From IMG/VR virus record IMGVR_UViG_3300010361_000019, positions 1 through 41,712 of that record: 41,712 nt of DNA; one strand, 5' to 3'. Position 1 is the stretch's first letter. Every line of letters starts with the position of its first letter. The notes beneath the pieces are model-generated. The model searched no databases. It saw only the letters and a list, made by a program, of their open reading frames with translations, and had not been told where the DNA came from. Shown piece after piece: positions 35,186-41,712 of the stretch. Source of the DNA: a virus (taxonomy: Duplodnaviria > Caudoviricetes). A program made the translations under genes and the position numbers.

Positions 35186-36161
35186 CGGTCATCCAGGCAT
35201 CGGCTAATTCCAGCACGCCGGGCGGACACCAATCGACGTGCGCGATCACCTCGTACATCGCCCGTACCGGGCTCTTATCCACAGAAAAAGTCTGGATGTG
35301 ATCGAGTACCCCCGCCAGATGCACGACATGCGTCATGCCGAACACCTCGTCGGCCAAGTCCTTGTTCAGATCGTGCGGATTGCGCTCCTGCCAGACGAAG
35401 GGGTGACCGAAATGCACCGTATGCCCGTAATGCCGCATCATGCGCTGACAGATCAAGCTGGCGAAGATATCGTCGTAGCGGCCGAACTGCGGACAGCACA
35501 GGAGACATGGCGCGAACATGCGGGATACCGCCGTATTCTGCGTGTTGAATACCGTCCATGCCGATGGATCGACCACCACGCCCGCACGTAAGACCTCAGA
35601 CGCTACATGCACGATGGGATGCGTGGCGATGCGGGTCACCGCAGAGATGTCAGGATCGCCCAGAACAACACCAGCGCACACACCAACAGCAGCACCCACA
35701 CAAGGGTTAAATGCATGCACTCCCAGTTTCTCAGCCGGGAAACCTCGATGCATAGCGGTCGGAAAAACCATCTGGCCCACGTCAAACCATCCCGAAGAAG
35801 ACGCCACCCGAAGCCCATTGAACGGCCGCTCCATCACGTACTGGATGTGATCGAAGTAATCGACAGTCAGCGGGATATTATCATCGTCAACGGTGACAAG
35901 GACCTCCGCCCCCCACTTGAGCGCTTCGAGCACCGCGATGTTGCGCCGGGTGATCGAGTTCCATGGCAAGGCACTGGCTGTCTTCCAGGCGGCAAGCTGG
36001 CTTTCCGGAGACAAATAGCACCACGGGCCGCCCGACAGGTTCGGCGTCTTGAGATCACCGGCAATGAATATCTTGAAGTTGTCCAGGGTTACCGCGTGCT
36101 TGGCATACAGCGCCAGCACCTTCGGTTCCTTGATCGTCGTGGTGACCAGCGCGATCTTCAT
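35166..36161 (-). CDS. RGP (GT75, UDP-arabinopyranose mutase)/STELLO (DUF288)-like GT-A protein
   Basis: 'LVTTTI...IAGDLKTP...LPWNSITRRNIA...VTVDDDNIP...HRGFP...GDPDISA...FNTQNTA...RYDDIF'. Confidence 0.8.
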   Translation of the reverse strand: MKIALVTTTIKEPKVLALYAKHAVTLDNFKIFIAGDLKTPNLSGGPWCYLSPESQLAAWKTASALPWNSITRRNIAVLEALKWGAEVLVTVDDDNIPLTVDYFDHIQYVMERPFNGLRVASSSGWFDVGQMVFPTAMHRGFPAEKLGVHAFNPCVGAAVGVCAGVVLGDPDISAVTRIATHPIVHVASEVLRAGVVVDPSAWTVFNTQNTAVSRMFAPCLLCCPQFGRYDDIFASLICQRMMRHYGHTVHFGHPFVWQERNPHDLNKDLADEVFGMTHVVHLAGVLDHIQTFSVDKSPVRAMYEVIAHVDWCPPGVLELADAWMTDVESLR

Positions 36162-36358
36162 TTGTCATAGACCGGGGCTGGCCAAAGAAAGCTGCCGTTG
36201 TCGTGGTAGATTTCAATCTGATGGATGCCACCGACCTTGAAGTCCTTCATCTTGTCGATATCCCTGACATCCAGAGCCAGCCACTCGACATCGGCTTCCA
36301 GCAGGGCGCACGCGCCAACCCCGTTACCGTGCGCAATGATGGTAACCGCAATCTTCAA
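36158..36358 (-). CDS. Hypothetical protein
   Basis: TTG start in a TTGA overlap; 66 aa. Confidence 0.5.
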   Translation of the reverse strand: MKIAVTIIAHGNGVGACALLEADVEWLALDVRDIDKMKDFKVGGIHQIEIYHDNGSFLWPAPVYDK

Positions 36359-36591
36359 AACGGCACCGCTATCGATAACGGAATAAGCTGGTTGGATAGC
36401 GAGGCCAGGAAGTTGGTCACCCCATTGACGTACTGCGCCTGCTCCAGCGCAGAGAACGGGCCTGACGGAGTATCGGGCGACCACGACACCACCATGGACG
36501 AGAGCGGCGTCATCGGCGCTGTGGTGCGAACCGTCGCCGTCAACTGACAGCGCCGCTTGCCGACCGAAAATACCACCGTGTAATCGCTCAT
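36355..36591 (-). CDS. Hypothetical protein
   Basis: MSDYTVVFSVG..., ATGA overlap. Confidence 0.6.
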   Translation of the reverse strand: MSDYTVVFSVGKRRCQLTATVRTTAPMTPLSSMVVSWSPDTPSGPFSALEQAQYVNGVTNFLASLSNQLIPLSIAVPF

Positions 36592-36797
36592 TTCTTCTTC
36601 CCCGCCTTGTCCAGCCACTCCTTCATAATCTGCCGGATCAACTGCGCCGGGCGCAGATCAAGCTTGTCGGCTTGTTCTTGGAACTGCTTCCACGCCTTGG
36701 GATCAAGGCGCAGCATCACCGGAACAGTCTCGGGCATGAAGGCTCCGAAAGCGAACGGCGGGACAGGGGGTTTACGTCTGTCCCGCCGCCGCACCAT
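36588..36797 (-). CDS. Ribbon-helix-helix (Arc/CopG-like) DNA-binding protein
   Basis: 'VPVMLRLDPKAWKQFQEQADKLDLRPAQLIRQIMKEWL'. Confidence 0.75.
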   Translation of the reverse strand: MVRRRDRRKPPVPPFAFGAFMPETVPVMLRLDPKAWKQFQEQADKLDLRPAQLIRQIMKEWLDKAGKKK

Positions 36798-36826
36798 GCC
36801 GGATTAGGACATGGAGACAGCACGCA

Positions 36827-36863
36827 ACATCTGTAGCTAAGATCGCTACACCTAAGATGTCAA
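36827..36863 (-). promoter_or_regulatory. Candidate promoter/operator upstream of the RHH gene
   Basis: Minus-strand TTGACA (36858-36863); inverted repeat TGTAGC-N7-GCTACA (36832-36850); direct repeat CTAAGAT at 36837 and 36852. Confidence 0.45.
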
Positions 36864-37418
36864 GAGGCGAATAACCCAGCTTTCCGGATGACGCGACCCC
36901 AGGACCTCGAAGTCATACGGGGCGGGCTCCAGCCACTCGCGGAACGCCTTCTGCTCGTGGTTGATGTTGCGGACATGGCCGTCAATCTCGTCAAACACCA
37001 AGATCGCACCGGGCCGGAACTTGATGTAATGCAGCGCTTCCGCCGTCGAGGTGTAGACATCCATGTCGAAATGCACAAAGGCGGCAGGCGAATGCCGGGA
37101 CACGAAATCCGGCAAGGTGCCGCGCACTAGACCAACGACGAACTCGCCATTGACCGGACAAGCCGGGGGCGCACCGTGCATGTCCAATAAACCCTTGGAA
37201 CCGTGATCCGCCCAGTCTTCCGGCAAGCCGCGCCACCAGTCGAACCCGTAAACCTTGCGCGGATAGGCATAATGACAAATCTGCCGGAAACTCGCCCCCT
37301 GCCAAACCCCAAGCTCCATCATGGTGCCCTTGCCGACCAGGGGAATAATCTCCGCCCAGTCCAAGACCGGCAGCGGCTTGGCAATAAGCTCATTCAGCTT
37401 GTCGTTTGATCCGATCAT
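36852..37418 (-). CDS. TylF/MycF-like class I SAM (sugar O-)methyltransferase
   Basis: 'MELGVWQGAS...VYGFDWWRGLPEDW...FVHFDMDVYTST...GAILVFDE'. Confidence 0.85.
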   Translation of the reverse strand: MIGSNDKLNELIAKPLPVLDWAEIIPLVGKGTMMELGVWQGASFRQICHYAYPRKVYGFDWWRGLPEDWADHGSKGLLDMHGAPPACPVNGEFVVGLVRGTLPDFVSRHSPAAFVHFDMDVYTSTAEALHYIKFRPGAILVFDEIDGHVRNINHEQKAFREWLEPAPYDFEVLGSRHPESWVIRLLTS

Positions 37419-37581
37419 CCAGCCGCTCGATTGCCGTCGCCATCACCCGTATCGCCCGCGCCAGGATCGCCCGCGTCACCGCCTGGGCATGGCTCTCCAC
37501 AGTCGGCTCGACCGGCCCGCCCAGCATCTCCAGCCGCGCAGCCAGCCAGCGCAACTCCGCAATCTCATCCTTGATGCTTAT
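37390..37581 (-). CDS. Hypothetical helical protein with non-canonical ATA start
   Basis: (I/M)SIKDEIAELRWLAARLEMLGGPVEPTVESHAQAVTRAILARAIRVMATAIERLDDRIKRQAE; begins at an ATAA overlap where ATGA is the norm. Confidence 0.45.
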   Translation of the reverse strand: MSIKDEIAELRWLAARLEMLGGPVEPTVESHAQAVTRAILARAIRVMATAIERLDDRIKRQAE

Positions 37582-37808
37582 TTCTTCTTGCGCGGCTTGC
37601 GCGCATGCGGAGCGTCTTCCGCTTCATCAGCAGGCTCTTCGTCATCCTCAACTACGGCATCGGCCGTCTCATAAGCCGCCCCAGTAAGGAAATCATGCAT
37701 CCTCTTCAGCGCCTCGTTGATGGCGTCCTTGTCAAACGTCCCATCATTGGCCGCCCGGTGGATCGCATGCATGCACGCCAGTACGTCGGGATTGACTTCA
37801 TCGCTCAT
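37578..37808 (-). CDS. Hypothetical protein (acidic then basic tail)
   Basis: 76 aa, AAGG upstream of the start. Confidence 0.65.
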   Translation of the reverse strand: MSDEVNPDVLACMHAIHRAANDGTFDKDAINEALKRMHDFLTGAAYETADAVVEDDEEPADEAEDAPHARKPRKKK

Positions 37809-37834
37809 GGGTCACCTTGGAACTCAAGTGTAGC

Positions 37835-38218
37835 CTAAACCTTGTCCCGCGCAACTTCGTTCAAGGCGCGGCGAGCCATCTCAATCCACGTCGCCGACAC
37901 CGGCTCCAATTGAATAGCCGCCGTTATCACTTCCGCCAACCGGTCGCGCTCACCACGCAAAACCGTGTTCTCGTCAAACTCTGCGTCTAGGCGCATTCTC
38001 GCTTCGTCGCACTCGGCAGTCAGGCGATTGATCATCTCGACCGGATCATCACGCCGCTCAATGCACGGCCCCGCATGACCAAGCGGCAATATGCAATGCG
38101 CTCCACTCATTTTTCCTAAACCCTCAATCATCGATTGTAAAAGTTCTTCATAAGATACCCGATCAATGTGCCTGCCCTTCCAGTACACTTGCCCATCCCT
38201 GACCTGAAGATCACTCAT
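37835..38218 (-). CDS. Hypothetical coiled-coil protein (last gene of the cassette array)
   Basis: Starts inside a junction repeat; contains HCILPLGHAGPC. Confidence 0.65.
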   Translation of the reverse strand: MSDLQVRDGQVYWKGRHIDRVSYEELLQSMIEGLGKMSGAHCILPLGHAGPCIERRDDPVEMINRLTAECDEARMRLDAEFDENTVLRGERDRLAEVITAAIQLEPVSATWIEMARRALNEVARDKV

Positions 38219-38481
38219 TTCCCCTCCAAGGCGGCGTCTATTTCGTCTAATAGCGCGCAGACATCGTGACGTGACAGGACGATGCTGTCCGCCTGATCCT
38301 CATTGCGCCAAATACGCAAGGCTTTGACATGGGGCAAATCAGTCGGCTCCCGCATCGCCGCGATGGCGGCGCGGGCCAAACCATAGTATTTGTTTTGCAA
38401 TTCGTCAGTTAGGGGTAACTCCTGTGGCGCAAACATCTGTTCGATTAGTGCTTTCGCCACGCGCTCGATCATGGTGCTCAT
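38215..38481 (-). CDS. MIERVA/AMREPT/IDAALE family paralogue 4
   Basis: MSTMIERVAKAL...ARAAIAAMREPT...IDAALEGK. Confidence 0.75.
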   Translation of the reverse strand: MSTMIERVAKALIEQMFAPQELPLTDELQNKYYGLARAAIAAMREPTDLPHVKALRIWRNEDQADSIVLSRHDVCALLDEIDAALEGK

Positions 38482-38603
38482 TTCTGACATACCAGCAGGG
38501 CGAATGCGACGCCCCACTCAGCGCGCTCGATGGCATCGCGCAAGTCGTAGCCTTTGGCGTGTAACTCCATAGCAATTTGGGCGACTAATTGTTCTCTAGT
38601 CAT
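38478..38603 (-). CDS. 41-aa hypothetical protein
   Basis: MTREQLVAQIAMELHAKGYDLRDAIERAEWGVAFALLVCQK; ATGA overlaps at both ends. Confidence 0.6.
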   Translation of the reverse strand: MTREQLVAQIAMELHAKGYDLRDAIERAEWGVAFALLVCQK

Positions 38604-38881
38604 TTCCCCTCCAAGGCGCGGCGGGCTTCTCTAATTAGTTCCGGCTTGCGCCAGTTCTTGTTGTCGGCATTGTCTACAATGCGCTGCAATGCAGCCCGTA
38701 ATTGAGCTATTTCCTCTAGGGCCGCTCTCAGCCGGGCGTTATCGGCCTCTAGCCATTTGCACTGGTCTAGCGCGCCGGCAAGTTCGGCCTCTAGCCGATC
38801 CATCTTTGCCGCTGCCCAGCTTGGCAGCAGTCCATCCATATCCATCAGCGCTCTCCTCAAGCCGGGTATAACGTCACTCAT
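38600..38881 (-). CDS. Coiled-coil LRAALEEIA family protein 2
   Basis: MSDVIPG...LEAELAG...LRAALEEIAQLRAALQRI...RRALEGK. Confidence 0.7.
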   Translation of the reverse strand: MSDVIPGLRRALMDMDGLLPSWAAAKMDRLEAELAGALDQCKWLEADNARLRAALEEIAQLRAALQRIVDNADNKNWRKPELIREARRALEGK

Positions 38882-38907
38882 TTCTCCTCCAAGGCGGTAT
38901 CGATCAT
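38878..38907 (-). pseudogene. Relic C-terminus of a paralogue, translatable as the 9-aa mini-ORF MIDTALEEK
   Basis: TGGCAAGCCATGATCGATACCGCCTTGGAGGAGAAATGA, with ATGA overlaps at both ends. Confidence 0.6.
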
Positions 38908-39140
38908 GGCTTGCCAGCCGTGGCGGCTTTAACCGCCCACATCGCCGCTTCCTCATAAGCAGTCTGCGCCAACGCCAGCAAGCGAAGGTTCTCGCTGCCC
39001 TGCTTTTGGGACTTTAGTTCCTCGCATATATCGATCAGCATCGCCGTCGCGTGCTTAATCTTGTCCACTTCACTGTCTTTTGACGGATTAAAGGACGCAC
39101 GCACGCGACGATCACCCAGTGTCTGTTCCTGCATAGTCAT
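38904..39140 (-). CDS. Acb2/Tad1-like helical hairpin protein (candidate immune-signal sponge)
   Basis: 'TLGDRRVRASFNPS..EVDKIK...LIDICEE...RLLALAQTAYEEAAMWAVKAAT' fits the R..A.A.T..E.A.MWAVKA hairpin pattern. Confidence 0.65.
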   Translation of the reverse strand: MTMQEQTLGDRRVRASFNPSKDSEVDKIKHATAMLIDICEELKSQKQGSENLRLLALAQTAYEEAAMWAVKAATAGKP

Positions 39141-39457
39141 TTCTCCTCCAGGGCGGCATCAATCATGGCTTGCCACTTTGCTCGCACAAGTCCGCGTTTT
39201 ACGCCAAAGCATTTTGCGTCGTTTAGCATTTTCTCAGTCGGCTCCCGCATCGCTTCGATGGCGGCGCGGGCCGCACGTTCAAATTTAGGGTCGACCCACA
39301 TGTCGGCTTTCGTAGTGGGCGTAAGCCACCGGGTTACTTCATCCCTAATGTCATCCCAAGCCAGTGACCGCGCCACGCGCTCGACCATGTTGTCGCTAGA
39401 CTTCACCGTCTTGGACGATCCTGGCAGCGCAATACCAACCTCGTTCTCAATCTTCAT
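39137..39457 (-). CDS. MIERVA/AMREPT/IDAALE family paralogue 3
   Basis: ...MVERVARSL...ARAAIEAMREPTEKM...WQAMIDAALEEK. Confidence 0.75.
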   Translation of the reverse strand: MKIENEVGIALPGSSKTVKSSDNMVERVARSLAWDDIRDEVTRWLTPTTKADMWVDPKFERAARAAIEAMREPTEKMLNDAKCFGVKRGLVRAKWQAMIDAALEEK

Positions 39458-39696
39458 TTTTCCTCCAAGGCGCGGCTGGCCATATAGCATCTATTACCCT
39501 CATTGCGGGTCGGGTCCGCAATTTCCTCCAACGCCGCCCGAAGACCGGCAAGCTCGGCCTTTAATTCGCGTTCAGTCATGGCGTAGCTTGCGACAACAGC
39601 CTCTAGTTCTCCTACGCGTTTGGCATTCTCAATGGCCATAGCAAGGCGGGCCTTGGCATCGCGAACACCATCGAGGTAGCCCTGATCGTAGCTCAT
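39454..39696 (-). CDS. Coiled-coil LRAALEEIA family protein 1
   Basis: MSYDQGYLDG...LKAELAGLRAALEEIA...SRALEEK. Confidence 0.7.
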   Translation of the reverse strand: MSYDQGYLDGVRDAKARLAMAIENAKRVGELEAVVASYAMTERELKAELAGLRAALEEIADPTRNEGNRCYMASRALEEK

Positions 39697-40046
39697 TTCC
39701 CCTCCAACGCGGCGTCAATCATGGCTCGCGTCGGATGGCGTAATGCATACTCCGTCACCAACTCACGCGCTCGTTTTAGAACATCATTCATTCCACGCTC
39801 GTCTGCCCAACGATCAAGCAGATCGCGCAATACCGACATTGCCCGGCCAAGATCATCAGCGTAATCGCCAGTCGGCTCCCGCATCGCCGCGATGGCGGCG
39901 CGGGCCTCGACCATGTAATTTTTCCAGCACGTATCTATGCCGTGTCTTGAGACAGACAACGCCCGCGCCACCCGCTCGATCATGCTTTGAGCGGCGAGCG
40001 CACGAGCGTGCTCCGGGTCATTGGGTTTATCGTCCCAAGTGCTCAT
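39693..40046 (-). CDS. MIERVA/AMREPT/IDAALE family paralogue 2
   Basis: ...MIERVARAL...ARAAIAAMREPT[long insert]AMIDAALEGK. Confidence 0.75.
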   Translation of the reverse strand: MSTWDDKPNDPEHARALAAQSMIERVARALSVSRHGIDTCWKNYMVEARAAIAAMREPTGDYADDLGRAMSVLRDLLDRWADERGMNDVLKRARELVTEYALRHPTRAMIDAALEGK

Positions 40047-40132
40047 TTCCCCTCCAATGCGGAACGTATCTCATTGGCTAGCGCCATAACCATGATGCCC
40101 AACAAAAAACCCACAGTGAACCAAGCCATCAT
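40043..40132 (-). CDS. 29-aa single-TM peptide
   Basis: MMAWFTVGFLLGIMVMALANEIRSALEGK, bounded by two junction repeats. Confidence 0.6.
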   Translation of the reverse strand: MMAWFTVGFLLGIMVMALANEIRSALEGK

Positions 40133-40431
40133 TTCCCCTTCAAGGCGGCGTCAATCATGGCTTGCCAAGCCTCTCTTGGCGCTTTCGGACGCATACCCTC
40201 GATCCAGCCTGCGTTCATCATTTCCTCAGTCGGCTCGCGCATGGCCGCGATGGCGGCGCGGGCAAAGCCTGTGAAGTAGGGTTTGTTTACTTCGTCCCAC
40301 TTGTCGGCATAGTGGTTTAGTTCGCACTGATGCCGGTATAGCGCCAGCGCCACACGCTCGATCATGCAACGATGCTCAACAACGCCGCTGCCGCCAACAC
40401 CGCCGGGACCACCGCTCGTCGCATTCGTCAT
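40129..40431 (-). CDS. MIERVA/AMREPT/IDAALE family paralogue 1
   Basis: MTNATSGG...MIERVALAL...ARAAIAAMREPTEEM...WQAMIDAALKGK. Confidence 0.75.
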   Translation of the reverse strand: MTNATSGGPGGVGGSGVVEHRCMIERVALALYRHQCELNHYADKWDEVNKPYFTGFARAAIAAMREPTEEMMNAGWIEGMRPKAPREAWQAMIDAALKGK

Positions 40432-40529
40432 CGCCGCTCCACCACCCGCCTGATGTCCCATAACAACGCTATCACTACCCCCAACTCCGCAATAATTATG
40501 CAAGCCGCAACCAACCCATCAATGCTCAC
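40428..40529 (-). CDS. 33-aa single-TM peptide
   Basis: GTG start in a GTGA overlap: MSIDGLVAACIIIAELGVVIALLWDIRRVVERR. Confidence 0.5.
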   Translation of the reverse strand: MSIDGLVAACIIIAELGVVIALLWDIRRVVERR

Positions 40530-40756
40530 CGCCGCTTCCCCATACGCTCCCGACGAAACTTCCTAATCAGCCCTCGCGCCTTCTCATCAGCACGCCGCTG
40601 CCGCATGTACTCCCGCATGTACGCCTTCTTATCAAACCGCACACGCCGCCCCTCATGTAATAAAAATCGCTGTAACGCTAACGCTACTACCCGCGCATCA
40701 CCGTCCTTAGACCGTAATACCCGCACACAAACTTCAGATAACTCAGCCTTGTTCAT
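40526..40756 (-). CDS. Basic hypothetical protein
   Basis: 'FDKKAYMREYMRQRRA' Arg-rich helix. Confidence 0.6.
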   Translation of the reverse strand: MNKAELSEVCVRVLRSKDGDARVVALALQRFLLHEGRRVRFDKKAYMREYMRQRRADEKARGLIRKFRRERMGKRR

Positions 40757-40974
40757 CACCGCCGCTCCCTAAACCTCTTCACACGCCTGCGCTGCACCTC
40801 ACGTCGCGCCGCACATACAGGACAATCTTGAACACGCGAAACCTTGAATGTCGAATGCGGTAAAACTTGCTCTAACGTCAAACCAATCACTAAATCACAT
40901 AACTCTATCGTCGCACCATGCCGCGTCCCTCGACGTAACCGCTCCGCCTTCGCCTTGATCGCTAATAAATCCAT
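40756..40974 (-). CDS. Basic hypothetical protein with CxxC; first gene of the leftward operon
   Basis: 'DCPVCAARREVQRRRVKRFRERR'; no SD sequence, possibly leaderless. Confidence 0.6.
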   Translation of the reverse strand: MDLLAIKAKAERLRRGTRHGATIELCDLVIGLTLEQVLPHSTFKVSRVQDCPVCAARREVQRRRVKRFRERR

Positions 40975-41010
40975 GTAACGTTACTTGGCAGACCGTAACG
41001 TTACAGTCAA
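40975..41010 (-). promoter_or_regulatory. Promoter with two identical palindromic operators GTAACGTTAC
   Basis: Palindromes at 40975-40984 and 40995-41004; minus-strand TTGACT at 41005-41010; ATG directly follows the downstream palindrome. Confidence 0.7.
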
Positions 41011-41281
41011 GCCTTTTCTGCCGGGGCGGCGGAGAGGGTGGGTGCCCCCGAAATCGTTTTGCTCGGACCCAGAGGCCAGGGGCGATGGGCCCTGCCGTCG
41101 CCTACCGGACAGGATGCGGCCGACTACCGGATTTGTATTCCGATGGTACTGTGCCCCTAACCCCCTGGCATCGTTAGACCTCGTGTCTTATGGCCTATCG
41201 CTATGTCGCAACCATGTCGCATTCCCGGCCGCAGAGCGTCTCCTCTTGCCTCGATCAGGGCAAAATATTATCCCTAAGGCT

Positions 41282-41692
41282 ATGACAGCAAAGCGAAAGC
41301 GGCGGAGACGGCGTTCGGCTTCCCATATCGCCCGTCGTTTGCGAGGGGTCGTTCAGACACCGCTGCGGCTAGCGTTTGACGCGACACGAGAGCCGCGACT
41401 GAGATCGGACTGGAGTATTGAGGTTCCTTCTACATCTGAGCAAGGGGCGAGGCTAGTGCATGGGTATGCGAGTGCGGACATAGTGCGGGCGTGGTTGAAT
41501 GGGCGGCGTCGTGCCCCGGCTTGGTTTGTAGCTGTGCTTGATAGTGAGCTAGCGCGGCAGATTAGTAAGCGGCAAGCGATCCGAGAACAGCTGGCGCGGT
41601 ATGAGACTGGGGATCGGCGGAAAGGACCTATTGCAAGCGCTAGGGCGCGTGCGCAGCGGCTGAGGCAGTTAGGACGCCTTCCGCCGGAATAA
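41282..41692 (+). CDS. Basic protein with XRE-HTH-like segment, divergently oriented
   Basis: 'GARLVHGYASADIVRAWLNGRRRAPAW' resembles a Cro/CI recognition helix; ATG 41282 preferred over the TTG at 40985. Confidence 0.5.
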   Translation: MTAKRKRRRRRSASHIARRLRGVVQTPLRLAFDATREPRLRSDWSIEVPSTSEQGARLVHGYASADIVRAWLNGRRRAPAWFVAVLDSELARQISKRQAIREQLARYETGDRRKGPIASARARAQRLRQLGRLPPE

Positions 41693-41712
41693 CGCATGGG
41701 CGGGCGCACGGC

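Larger units (their letters stand above)
38215..40166 (-). repeat. Dispersed junction repeat GCC(T/C)TGGAGGRGAAATGA (about 8 copies) plus conserved coding blocks
   Basis: Copies end (minus strand) at 38215, 38600, 38878, 39137, 39454, 39693, 40043 and 40129; a 38-bp block is identical at 38340-38377 and 39869-39906. Confidence 0.9.

Noticed and set aside
38215-40166. CRISPR array or attC-type integron
   Set aside because: Repeats are coding, imperfect and irregularly spaced (about 85-385 bp), with no palindromic attC structure; no cas or integrase gene is in the window.
38215-40431. Diversity-generating retroelement TR/VR pair
   Set aside because: No reverse transcriptase; differences are block replacements, not adenine-specific substitutions.
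40985-41281. N-terminal extension of the 235-aa + strand ORF
   Set aside because: It starts at a TTG inside the operator region and reads as non-protein-like; more likely intergenic regulatory DNA.

Overview
The window is most of a tailed dsDNA phage (or prophage) genome, almost entirely on the minus strand, with tightly coupled genes (ATGA/TAATG overlaps). It has a podovirus-like virion module. Reading right to left: (i) a promoter with two palindromic operators leads into an array of short genes joined by a repeated RBS-containing junction (GCC(T/C)TGGAGGRGAAATGA, about 8 copies). The array holds four paralogues built from conserved blocks with swapped middles, and an Acb2/Tad1-like anti-defence candidate. 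(ii) A large sugar-modification cluster: TylF-type methyltransferase, RGP/STELLO-like protein, GT2-like protein, DUF4254/DUF6165-like protein, NDP-sugar epimerase with an in-frame TGA, TPR-GT9-like protein and FkbM methyltransferase. (iii) KTSC, large terminase, portal, an inverted HTH gene pair, scaffold, major capsid, decoration protein, two paralogous adaptors, GNAT-like protein, nozzle and three ejection proteins. (iv) A methyltransferase-TPR-glycosyltransferase fusion among tail genes, followed by LamG-like and glycine-rich fibre-like genes running off the left edge. No integrase, replication, lysin, tRNA or CRISPR features were seen. All family calls come from motif recognition by eye, not database searches. 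An alphaproteobacterial host is only an inference.
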